Assembly (NCBI GenBank): GCA_015487435.1
Contig: WFPU01000038.1
Coordinates: 1-37,118 of the forward strand
Length of the DNA stretch: 37,118 nucleotides
Reading direction: 5' to 3'
DNA from: Sulfurimonas sp.
GTDB taxonomy: Bacteria > Campylobacterota > Campylobacteria > Campylobacterales > Sulfurimonadaceae
Positions 29,241 through 37,118 of this stretch are shown here, piece by piece. Position numbers and translations under genes: made by a program. A model generated the notes under the pieces. That model had not been told where the DNA came from. It did not search any database and was given only the letters and a program-made list of their open reading frames with translations. Numbering within the stretch: position 1 is the stretch's first letter; every line of letters begins with the position of its first letter.

Positions 29241-30755
29241 TTACTCTTCTTCTGTAGTTTTGGCTTCATGATGAATTGGTTTCATTGCGGGAAAGAGTAA
29301 AACATCTCTAATTGAGTGTTCATTAGTTAAAAGCATAACAAGCCTATCTATACCTATCCCTTGACCAGCTGTTGGTGCCATTCCGTAGCTAAGTGCATCG
29401 ATGAAATCTTCATCCATCTCGTGTGCTTCATCATCACCAGCATCTTTAGCATCAACTTGATCTTTAAATCTTTCGTATTGATCTATTGGGTCGTTTAACT
29501 CAGAAAATGCGTTTGCAATCTCACGGCCAGCTATAAAAAGCTCAAATCTTTCAGTGATTGCTGGGTTTTTATCGCTTCTTCTTGCTAGTGGAGAGATTTC
29601 AACTGGATATTCAGTAATGAATGTTGGGTTTATCAATTTTTCTTCAACAAACTCATCAAAAAGTTCCCCTTGAAGTTGCCCTAAATTCATTCCGGGTTTA
29701 ACAGCTATATTTTTAGATTTTAAGTAAGCAATTATTGAATCTTTATCGTTACATAATTCGCTAGGAATACCACCAACAGTAGTCAGAGATTCTATAAGTG
29801 GAAGTTCTGTGAAATTTTCAAAGTTTACTTCCATATCTCCGTAAGGAAGTATAGTTGGTAGGTTTAGGTGTTCAAAAAGATATTGAAAATATTCTTTAGT
29901 AATCTCAATTAAATCTTTGTAAGTTTTGTAAGCCCAGTAAAATTCAATTGAGGTAAATTCAGGATTATGAGTAGCATCCATACCTTCATTTCTAAAGTTA
30001 CGGTTAATCTCAAATACTGCCTCAAATCCACCAACGATTAATCTTTTAAGATAAAGCTCTGGTGCAATTCTTAAAAATCTATCAATTCCAAGTGCATTGT
30101 GATGAGTAACAAAAGGTTTAGCATTTGCTCCACCGGCAATAGGGTGCATCATAGGAGTTTCAACTTCTAAAAATCCTTTATCTTCAAAGAATCTTCTAGT
30201 TAAAGAGATAACTTTTGAACGGGTTTGAAAAGTTTTACGAACTTCAGAATTCATAATTAAATCTAAATATCTTTTTCTATATCTAATCTCTTTATCTGTT
30301 ACACCATGAAATTTTTCAGGAAGTGGGGCGATAGCTTTTGTTAAAAGCCTTAGAGCAGTTGCATGGATAGACAGTTCACCTTTTCCAGTTACAAATGGGT
30401 AACCCTCAATCTCAACTATATCACCAACTTCAATATTTTTTTTAAAAGTATTGTTATAGAATCCTTCAGGTAGATTATCACGAGCTATGTAAGCTTGCAA
30501 CATTCCACTTTCATCTTCTATTTTGATAAAACTTGCTTTACCCATAATACGAAAAAATTTAATACGACCACTCACTATATAGTGTCTGTTTTCATCTCTC
30601 TTATTTTCTTTGTTATTAATGTCAGAGTTTACATTTAAAAATTTATCAATAGTTGTATTTCTTTTACACTCATTTGAGTATGGATTAAAACCAGCATCTT
30701 TTAAGAGCTGTGCCTTTTCAATTCTTTGTTGGACGAATTTATTTTCAAAAACCAA
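29241..30755 (-). CDS. lysS: Lysine--tRNA ligase (class II)
   Basis: OB-fold (MGKASF), [42 protein letters not shown] motifs. TTG start. Confidence 0.98.
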   Translation of the reverse strand: MVFENKFVQQRIEKAQLLKDAGFNPYSNECKRNTTIDKFLNVNSDINNKENKRDENRHYIVSGRIKFFRIMGKASFIKIEDESGMLQAYIARDNLPEGFYNNTFKKNIEVGDIVEIEGYPFVTGKGELSIHATALRLLTKAIAPLPEKFHGVTDKEIRYRKRYLDLIMNSEVRKTFQTRSKVISLTRRFFEDKGFLEVETPMMHPIAGGANAKPFVTHHNALGIDRFLRIAPELYLKRLIVGGFEAVFEINRNFRNEGMDATHNPEFTSIEFYWAYKTYKDLIEITKEYFQYLFEHLNLPTILPYGDMEVNFENFTELPLIESLTTVGGIPSELCNDKDSIIAYLKSKNIAVKPGMNLGQLQGELFDEFVEEKLINPTFITEYPVEISPLARRSDKNPAITERFELFIAGREIANAFSELNDPIDQYERFKDQVDAKDAGDDEAHEMDEDFIDALSYGMAPTAGQGIGIDRLVMLLTNEHSIRDVLLFPAMKPIHHEAKTTEEE

Positions 30756-30828
30756 TATATTTCCTTGTTTTTATTTTACTGCGCTTGAACCGCTGTGGTC
30801 ACTAAAGCTAGCTTCTTGATGAAGCATA

Positions 30829-31305
30829 TTATTTTTGTTGACAGCTTTGGCAAATACCATATATTTGCATAGAATGATCTAGCATTTTAAAGCCAAGCTT
30901 GTCTGCTATTTGGTGCTGTTTTTTTTCTATTTGATCATCTACAAACTCTGTTATATCTCCACACTCAGTACAAATAAGATGATCATGGTGATCTTTTGCA
31001 CCAAGTTCATATTTTTTACCTTGCGCACCAAAAGATAAGGATGTAACTATTTTGGAATCTTCAAGTAGTGATAAAGTTCTATAAACAGTAGCTATACCTA
31101 TCTTTAAATCAGGATATTTGTTTTGCAAAATATTATGTAATGATTCTGGAGTTAAATGTTCGTCTGAATTATATAGACACTCAAGAATTACTTCACGTTG
31201 AATAGTGAATTTTAAATTATTATTTTTAAGTAATACTTTAAAATCTAGTAAAAGTTGTTCGTATTCAATTGTGCGTTCGGTGAAGTTTGTTGAAATTTCT
31301 GACAT
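30829..31305 (-). CDS. fur: Ferric uptake regulator
   Basis: TIQRE, IGIATVYRTL, HHDHLICTEC and C-terminal CQSC. cvpA-fur-lysS order as in Campylobacter. Confidence 0.93.
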   Translation of the reverse strand: MSEISTNFTERTIEYEQLLLDFKVLLKNNNLKFTIQREVILECLYNSDEHLTPESLHNILQNKYPDLKIGIATVYRTLSLLEDSKIVTSLSFGAQGKKYELGAKDHHDHLICTECGDITEFVDDQIEKKQHQIADKLGFKMLDHSMQIYGICQSCQQK

Positions 31306-31955
31306 TACTTATTTCCTAGTTCAGTTTTATTTTGATCAAATTGTTCTTTGATTTTTTCTTTTACTTCATCTATTATTATTTTTGATTTATCAATGATTAT
31401 TTCATCTGTTTTTTCTTCAATTAACTCAGTAGTTTCTTCTATTGTTGCGTTTATATCATTAGTTATCTCAACTGGATCAATTTTCATTATTACAGAACCA
31501 CTTTTTTCAAGTATTGGAAACAACACACTATTTTTCATCATAGAATCAACTGTTCCCCTTAATGCTTGTATATTGTAAACAGCATGCGCAATTACAGCAG
31601 CTATTAAAAAAAACTTACTTGCTCCAAATACAAACCCAAGTATACGATCATACACTCCAAGTCCGCTAAGTTTGCCAAGTTTTTTAAACACAAAGCCAAT
31701 AAAAATCATAATTAACCAAAAAACACCAAGTGTTATTAAAAAACCAGTGAAAGAAACAGCACCATTATTATCAAAGTTAAAAATTAGATTATTTAAATAG
31801 TCTCCAACATCTGAACCAAATCTAGATGCTATAAAAATACCACCAATAATTCCAATCAATCCAAATACCTCTTTAAAAAAACCGTTTAAGATCCCTTTTA
31901 ATCCTAAAAGTAGGATGATTATTGATGCTATAAGGTCAAAGTAGTTAAATTCCAT
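31305..31955 (-). CDS. cvpA: CvpA family membrane protein
   Basis: YFDLI...KGILNGFFKE, DRILGFVFG motifs and four hydrophobic segments. Confidence 0.9.
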   Translation of the reverse strand: MEFNYFDLIASIIILLLGLKGILNGFFKEVFGLIGIIGGIFIASRFGSDVGDYLNNLIFNFDNNGAVSFTGFLITLGVFWLIMIFIGFVFKKLGKLSGLGVYDRILGFVFGASKFFLIAAVIAHAVYNIQALRGTVDSMMKNSVLFPILEKSGSVIMKIDPVEITNDINATIEETTELIEEKTDEIIIDKSKIIIDEVKEKIKEQFDQNKTELGNK

Positions 31956-31956
31956 A

Positions 31957-32871
31957 TTATGATAACTCCAAGTTTAATTGGTTTTTTCCATTACGTTTGG
32001 ATGTGTAGAGTGCTTTATCCGCTCTTGATAAAAATGAATCCGGAGTGTCACCGAGTCTGAATTTACTTATACCAATGCTAGCAGTTACAGCAATATCATT
32101 ACCCATATAGATAAGATTATTGCCACTTATTAGTTTTAGTATTCTATTTCCAATATTAATAGAATATTTTTCATCAATTCTATTTAAAATTACAACGAAT
32201 TCTTCTCCACCAAATCTAAATATTTTATCTCCATCACGAAGTGTTTTCTTTAAAATATTTGATACATATATCAATATTTTATCCCCAGCTACATGTCCAA
32301 AAGTATCATTTATTTTTTTAAAATTATCTAAATCTAGTATTAGCATATATATGTCGTATTCAGTAGTTGCATTTGAGCATAAATCATTTAAATAAGTATT
32401 TAACGAGCCTCTGTTATAAACTTTTGTTAAAGAATCTATATTAGACTTTTCTTTTAAAGTTTGCACTTGTCGTGTTAACTCTGTAATCATTTCGTTTGCA
32501 CGATTTACTTCACTTACCATATGTGTTTGAATCTCTGTGAACTTACCTGTTATTTTATTAACATCTATTTGATTCCCTGAACATTCCACCAAAGTTTCTG
32601 CATGTATTTGTGATAGTTCAGAAAATTTAGAATTTGTTTGTTCGTATGCATGCAAACATTTATCAGCAATCTCTTTGAACTCTTTTTCAAGTGTATTTTT
32701 TGATTTTTGATATGATTGAAGTTCATTTTGAGATACACCAGATATAAGAGACGCTGAGTTTAAAAGAAATTCAGCAAGACTCTCTTTTGATAAGTCATCA
32801 TGGTTTTCAATTAAGTCACTAAGACTAGAGCACATATCTTCTACTAGCGGTTTTAATTCGGTATTAGCCAT
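31957..32871 (-). CDS. Diguanylate cyclase (helical/coiled-coil N-terminus + GGDEF)
   Basis: DSLTKVYNR, DLDNFKKIND.FGH..GD, RxxD I-site (RDGD), RFGGEEF, RADKALY..K..GKN. Confidence 0.93.
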   Translation of the reverse strand: MANTELKPLVEDMCSSLSDLIENHDDLSKESLAEFLLNSASLISGVSQNELQSYQKSKNTLEKEFKEIADKCLHAYEQTNSKFSELSQIHAETLVECSGNQIDVNKITGKFTEIQTHMVSEVNRANEMITELTRQVQTLKEKSNIDSLTKVYNRGSLNTYLNDLCSNATTEYDIYMLILDLDNFKKINDTFGHVAGDKILIYVSNILKKTLRDGDKIFRFGGEEFVVILNRIDEKYSINIGNRILKLISGNNLIYMGNDIAVTASIGISKFRLGDTPDSFLSRADKALYTSKRNGKNQLNLELS

Positions 32872-32888
32872 TAATTAACTCTTTTTTT

Positions 32889-32916
32889 GAAATATATTAT
32901 CATTATCGCTATTATA
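32889..32916 (-). promoter_or_regulatory. -10 box (32911-32916) followed by a putative Fur box (32889-32907)
   Basis: Minus strand reads TATAAT-AGC-GATAATGATAATATATTTC, a 15/19 match to GATAATGATAATCATTATC. Confidence 0.55.
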
Positions 32917-33000
32917 CTACATTAAGCTTTAATAGAGAATAAACTATAATTTAGGAACATTTGTGTAGAATACAAAAAAAATAATTTTAAGGTACTAAAC

Positions 33001-34350
33001 ATGGGCACTTGGACACCAGATAGCTGGAGAAGCAAACCGATCTTACAACAACCAATCTATCCTAATCAAGATGAATTAGATAAAGTTTTAAAAGAGTTAA
33101 AATCTTATCCGCCACTTGTTTTTGCGGGGGAAGCTAGAAGATTAAAAGATCAACTTGCAGAAGTTGCAAATGGTGAAGCTTTTTTACTTCAAGGTGGAGA
33201 TTGTGCTGAAAGTTTTGCCGAATTTCATGCAAATAATATTCGTGATACTTTTAAAGTTTTAATGCAAATGGCTGTAGTTATGACTTATTCTGCGGGTGTT
33301 CCAGTTGTAAAAGTTGGTCGTTTAGCTGGTCAATTTGCTAAACCTCGTTCATCAAATACTGAAATACTTGATGGAGTTGAATTAGACTCTTACCGAGGAG
33401 ATATAATAAACGGTGTAGAGTTTACTAAAGAAGCTCGTACTCCTAATCCACAAAGGATGATACAAGCATATAACCAAGCATCAGCTACTCAAAATCTACT
33501 TCGTGCATTTGCTACTGGTGGGATGGCTGATCTACATCAAGTTCATAGTTGGAATTTAGACTTCGCACACAAAAGTGAAGTTTCAGAACAGTATGAAAAA
33601 CTTGCAGAAGAGATTGAGCGTTCTTTAAAGTTTATGAAAGCGTGTGGAATCACTTCTAAAACATATAGAAATCTTCGTGAGACAGACTTTTATACATCAC
33701 ATGAAGCACTACTACTTCCTTATGAAGAAGCTTTTACTAGAAAAGATTCACTAACTGGTGAGTGGTATAATACTGCTGCACATATGGTTTGGATTGGTGA
33801 TAGGACTCGTCAACTAGATGGTGCTCATATTGAATATATGAAAGGTATTAATAACCCTATTGGTATTAAAGCTGGTCCAACAATGAATCTTGAAGATTTA
33901 GTTAGATTATGTAATACATTAAATCCTAAAAATGAAGCTGGGCGTATGAATATTATTGTTCGCATGGGTGCTGATAAAGTTGGTGATGGTATGCCTAAAC
34001 TTATTCGTGCTATTGAAGCTGAGGGTATGAATGTAGTTTGGTCTTGTGATCCAATGCACGGAAATACTATTAAATCTTCAAATAATTATAAAACTCGCCC
34101 CGTAGATTCTATTTTAACAGAGATGAAACAGTTTTTTCAAGTTCATAAAGCTGAGGGAACTTATGGTGGTGGTGTCCATTTAGAGATGACGGGTAAAAAT
34201 GTAACTGAATGTATTGGTGGTAGTTTTACTGTAACTGAAGAAGATTTAAGCTCTCGCTACCATACTCATTGTGATCCCCGTCTTAATGCTGATCAATCTT
34301 TAGAATTAGCTTTTTTAATTGCAGATACTTTAAAAGAAGCAAAAAAATAA
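33001..34350 (+). CDS. 3-deoxy-7-phosphoheptulonate (DAHP) synthase class II
   Basis: [49 protein letters not shown] motifs. Confidence 0.97.
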   Translation: MGTWTPDSWRSKPILQQPIYPNQDELDKVLKELKSYPPLVFAGEARRLKDQLAEVANGEAFLLQGGDCAESFAEFHANNIRDTFKVLMQMAVVMTYSAGVPVVKVGRLAGQFAKPRSSNTEILDGVELDSYRGDIINGVEFTKEARTPNPQRMIQAYNQASATQNLLRAFATGGMADLHQVHSWNLDFAHKSEVSEQYEKLAEEIERSLKFMKACGITSKTYRNLRETDFYTSHEALLLPYEEAFTRKDSLTGEWYNTAAHMVWIGDRTRQLDGAHIEYMKGINNPIGIKAGPTMNLEDLVRLCNTLNPKNEAGRMNIIVRMGADKVGDGMPKLIRAIEAEGMNVVWSCDPMHGNTIKSSNNYKTRPVDSILTEMKQFFQVHKAEGTYGGGVHLEMTGKNVTECIGGSFTVTEEDLSSRYHTHCDPRLNADQSLELAFLIADTLKEAKK

Positions 34351-34354
34351 TCTT

Positions 34355-34396
34355 AATGACGATAGTTTCGTCATTTTGAACTTGATCTAGAATCTA
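34355..34396. repeat. Palindromic dispersed repeat, locus 4 (one inverted unit plus a truncated partner)
   Basis: The reverse complement of 34365-34396 is TAGATTCTAGATCAAGTTCAAAATGACGAAAC. Hairpin AATGACGA-TAGTT-TCGTCATT at 34355-34375. Confidence 0.8.
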
Positions 34397-34490
34397 TTAG
34401 CTATAAGAGAGTTTAATTTATTTATATGCTAACACTGCATTAAGAAAAAATATGTATACTTTTATTATCTTTAAAAATAAAAGGTACAGA

Positions 34491-34727
34491 ATGAAACAAA
34501 TTGACGGATTAGTTCTAGATGAAAATAATGTAGCCTTTCATCCAATGATGGGGAACTCTTATCAATTAAATTTTTTAGCTAAAGAGATAATAGGTCTACT
34601 TAAGTTAAATAAAAATAAAAATGAAATAATTGATGAGATATATAATAAATATGAAGTCTCCAAAGAAGATCTATTTATAGATGTTAATGATTTTTTTACT
34701 AAACTAAAAATATATGGATTAGTATAG
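34491..34727 (+). CDS. Stand-alone PqqD-family / RiPP recognition element protein (78 aa)
   Basis: YQLN..A.EII.LL...EII..I...YEVS.E....DV..F...L...GLV follows the PqqD winged-helix pattern. AAGG SD before ATG 34491. Confidence 0.85.
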   Translation: MKQIDGLVLDENNVAFHPMMGNSYQLNFLAKEIIGLLKLNKNKNEIIDEIYNKYEVSKEDLFIDVNDFFTKLKIYGLV

Positions 34728-35743
34728 TGAAAGTTGCTGTAAGTGGATTGAACAATACAGATAATCCTGCCCCTGGAATTCCCGTAATAAAAAGTCTTCA
34801 AAAAAAAAATTCTTTAATAGGTTTTGCATATAACCCAAATGAACCTGGTAGCTACATGCCTGAAATGGTTGATAAAACCTATCTAATGCCATATCCATCT
34901 TTAGGATTTGAAGAGTTAAAAACAAGACTTTTAGAGATTAAAGAGAAAGAAAATATTGAAGCAATTATTCCTAATTTAGATGCTGAATTACCTCTTTATA
35001 TAAAGTATGCTAAAGAGATAGAGGATATGGGAATAAAGCTTTGTCTACCTAGTTATGACAACTTTGAACTTAGAAATAAAAATAAATTAGATTCATTATC
35101 AAAAAAATTAAATATATCTTACCCAAAAACATATGAGATAGGTTCAATATCAGAATTAGAAAAAATTATTGATAAATCAAAGTTTCCCTTAATGGTTAAA
35201 GGAAACTATTATAAAGCTTATATGGTAGAAAATAAGGAGAGTGCTATTGAGAGTTTTTACAATATCTCAAATGAGTGGGGTTTTCCAATTTTAATTCAAG
35301 AGGTTGTTAAAGGTGAAGAGATAAATCTTGTAGGTGTAGGTGATGGCAATGGTGAATTAAAAGGTGCAGTAGCCATTAAAAAGCTTACAACAACGGAGAT
35401 AGGGAAAATTTGGACTGGAGTAACTATAGCAAATGAAAGACTTATGCAAATAGCAAAAGATTTTATTAAACTTACTTCATGGAGAGGACCATTTGAACTT
35501 GAATGTATTATAAATATGAATCAAATATATATGATTGAAATAAATCCACGTTTTCCTGCATGGGTATATTTTGCGACTGAAATAGGTGTTAATTTACCTC
35601 AAATGGTTTTAGATATTATGCAAAAAAAAGAGATTAAACAAAAATTAGAATATCCACAAAACAAGATGTATATAAGATATACTGGTGAATTTGTAACTGA
35701 TTTTACAGATTTTATAAAATTATTATCGACAAAGGAGCTTTAG
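34727..35743 (+). CDS. ATP-grasp domain ligase of unknown substrate
   Basis: FPLMVKG, ILIQEVVKGEE, GPFELE, MIEINPRF motifs. GTG start overlaps the upstream TAG. Confidence 0.9.
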   Translation: MKVAVSGLNNTDNPAPGIPVIKSLQKKNSLIGFAYNPNEPGSYMPEMVDKTYLMPYPSLGFEELKTRLLEIKEKENIEAIIPNLDAELPLYIKYAKEIEDMGIKLCLPSYDNFELRNKNKLDSLSKKLNISYPKTYEIGSISELEKIIDKSKFPLMVKGNYYKAYMVENKESAIESFYNISNEWGFPILIQEVVKGEEINLVGVGDGNGELKGAVAIKKLTTTEIGKIWTGVTIANERLMQIAKDFIKLTSWRGPFELECIINMNQIYMIEINPRFPAWVYFATEIGVNLPQMVLDIMQKKEIKQKLEYPQNKMYIRYTGEFVTDFTDFIKLLSTKEL

Positions 35744-35744
35744 C

Positions 35745-37073
35745 ATGTCAAAATTAAAATATGAAATACCAACAATAAATAAAATAGATTTTGCAATGGC
35801 TTCAAAATATGGAAGCCCTCTAAAGAGCCAGAGAGTAAGGACTGAGATTGATGGTTTAAAAATAAGTGAATTAGTGAAAGAGTATGGAAGCCCAATATTT
35901 GTTTTTTCTCAACGTCAGATAGAGGAAAAGTATAATATTCTATATAATGCTTTTTCATCAAGATATCCAGATGTAAAATTTGCTTGGAGTTATAAAACAA
36001 ACTATCTCAATGAGATATGTAAGATATACCATGATTTAGGCTCACTCTCAGAGGTAGTAAGTGAATTTGAGTATCAAAAAGCCAGAGCTTTAGGTGTAGA
36101 GGGCAAGGATATAATATTTAATGGTCCCTATAAACCAAAAGTAGATTTAAAAATAGCGGTACAAGAGGGTGCTAAAATTCATGTAGATAATCTGTTTGAA
36201 TTAAATGATCTTCATGAGATAGCTGATGAATTAAATATTAAAATACCTGTAGCTATACGTATAAATATGGATACAGGAACATATCCTCAATGGAGTAGGT
36301 TTGGATTCAATTATGAAAATGGTGATGCTTTTGAAGCTATTAAACATATGTATGATACAGGTAAAGTTTATTTAGTTGGGATACATTCACATATTGGGAC
36401 ATTTATATTAGATACAAATGCTTATAGATTAGCTACTATGAAAATCATGCAACTAAAAGAAGAGGTAGAAAAAAAGTTTAACTCAGAGATAGAGTATATA
36501 GATTTGGGTGGTGGATTTGCTTCTAAGAGTAATCTAAAAGGTATATATCAATCTGCTGAAGTTGTAGTGCCAACTGCTGATGATTATGCTGAAGCGATAA
36601 CTAATACAATTTATGAGTTTAATAAAAGCAAAAAATTGCCAAAACTTTATCTTGAAACAGGTAGGCATCTCATAGATGAAGCTGGATACCTTTTAACTTC
36701 AGTTTGTGGGCATAAGCGATTTCCTGATGGTAAGAAAGGTTATATCTTGGATGCTGGAGTAAATTTATTGTATACATCTACATGGTATAACTTTAATATA
36801 GAGTTAGATAAACGCTACGAGGGTGATAATGAACCTAGTATGTTAAATGGACCTTTATGTATGAATATAGATGTAATAGAGGAAAATTTGATGTTACCAC
36901 CACTAGATAGAGGAAGAGTTATAACAATATCTCCAGTTGGAGCATATAATTATACTCAAGCTATGCAGTTTATACGTTATAAACCAGCAGTAATACTTAT
37001 AGATAAAAGTGGAGAGGTTAGATATATAAAAGAGGTTGATGATTTAGCTACTGTAAATTACAAAGAAGTATAG
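35745..37073 (+). CDS. PLP-dependent fold-type III decarboxylase (DAP/ornithine decarboxylase family), non-canonical
   Basis: YGSPIFVF, SYKTN (PLP Lys), IIFNGPYK, HSHIGT, DLGGGF, ETGR, GPLC, GAY motifs. Confidence 0.9.
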   Translation: MSKLKYEIPTINKIDFAMASKYGSPLKSQRVRTEIDGLKISELVKEYGSPIFVFSQRQIEEKYNILYNAFSSRYPDVKFAWSYKTNYLNEICKIYHDLGSLSEVVSEFEYQKARALGVEGKDIIFNGPYKPKVDLKIAVQEGAKIHVDNLFELNDLHEIADELNIKIPVAIRINMDTGTYPQWSRFGFNYENGDAFEAIKHMYDTGKVYLVGIHSHIGTFILDTNAYRLATMKIMQLKEEVEKKFNSEIEYIDLGGGFASKSNLKGIYQSAEVVVPTADDYAEAITNTIYEFNKSKKLPKLYLETGRHLIDEAGYLLTSVCGHKRFPDGKKGYILDAGVNLLYTSTWYNFNIELDKRYEGDNEPSMLNGPLCMNIDVIEENLMLPPLDRGRVITISPVGAYNYTQAMQFIRYKPAVILIDKSGEVRYIKEVDDLATVNYKEV

Positions 37074-37075
37074 AT

Positions 37076-37118
37076 TTGAGTATAAATAGATATAAAAGTT
37101 ATTTGTATAGTATTGTAA
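37076..37118 (+). CDS. Possible start of a fourth operon gene (3' truncated)
   Basis: TTG 2 nt after the decarboxylase stop. The frame (MSINRYKSYLYSIV) stays open to the window end. Confidence 0.4.
   Translation, partial: MSINRYKSYLYSIV

Noticed and set aside
2407-34396. Palindromic ~28-bp repeats as a CRISPR array
   Set aside because: Copies are kilobases apart or inverted, there are no regular spacers, and no cas genes are present.
34351-34490. Precursor peptide upstream of the PqqD gene
   Set aside because: No SD-supported short ORF. The in-frame ATG at 34452 overlaps the likely -10 box.
34491-34727. Small protein as an acyl carrier protein or true PQQ-pathway PqqD
   Set aside because: No DSL-type phosphopantetheine serine motif, and no other pqq genes in the window, so no gene symbol was given.
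34800-34809. A10 tract in the ATP-grasp gene as a phase-variation switch
   Set aside because: The gene is in frame, long A/T runs are common here (e.g. 5212-5220), and phase variation in this phylum mostly uses poly-G/C.
9-36000. Shadow ORFs in the track (e.g. 9-404, 3391-3777, 11188-11616, 20880-21266, 24647-25036, 26724-27101, 34562-34925, 35740-36000)
   Set aside because: They lie antisense to well-supported genes and show no recognisable motifs.
35745-37073. Calling the decarboxylase lysA
   Set aside because: Key motifs differ (SYKTN, ETGR, CMNID) and the context is not lysine biosynthesis.

Overview
AT-rich chromosomal window from a Campylobacterota bacterium. The gene set and order suggest a Sulfurimonas-like organism, which is an inference. 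Most of it is core housekeeping: rny, cmoB, nadE, lpxK, argB, prmC, ftsA/ftsZ, bioA, dnaJ, mltA, recR, aroE, trpE, glyA, lysS, fur, cvpA and a class II DAHP synthase. Two accessory-looking segments stand out. (1) The last ~2.6 kb is a tightly coupled operon: a stand-alone PqqD/RRE-like small protein, an ATP-grasp ligase and a non-canonical DAP-decarboxylase-fold PLP enzyme. A fourth ORF apparently starts at the window edge. This is the best candidate for an uncharacterised peptide/amine-modification system. (2) A ~3.7 kb block between lysS and glyA carries a lipoprotein, a Cys/His-containing leader ORF ending in ...RRTGVHPPL-stop, and metE, with no recognisable B12 or SAM riboswitch. Also seen: a ~28-bp palindromic repeat family at four intergenic loci (one inside a MITE-like element with AATT flanks), a 15/19 Fur-box match at the promoter of a diguanylate cyclase-cvpA-fur-lysS run, and two apparent pseudo-enzymes (a DegT-type protein without the PLP lysine, a class II aldolase without the Zn histidines). 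No rRNA, tRNA, CRISPR array or transposase was recognised. All calls come from motif reading by eye, with no database search.
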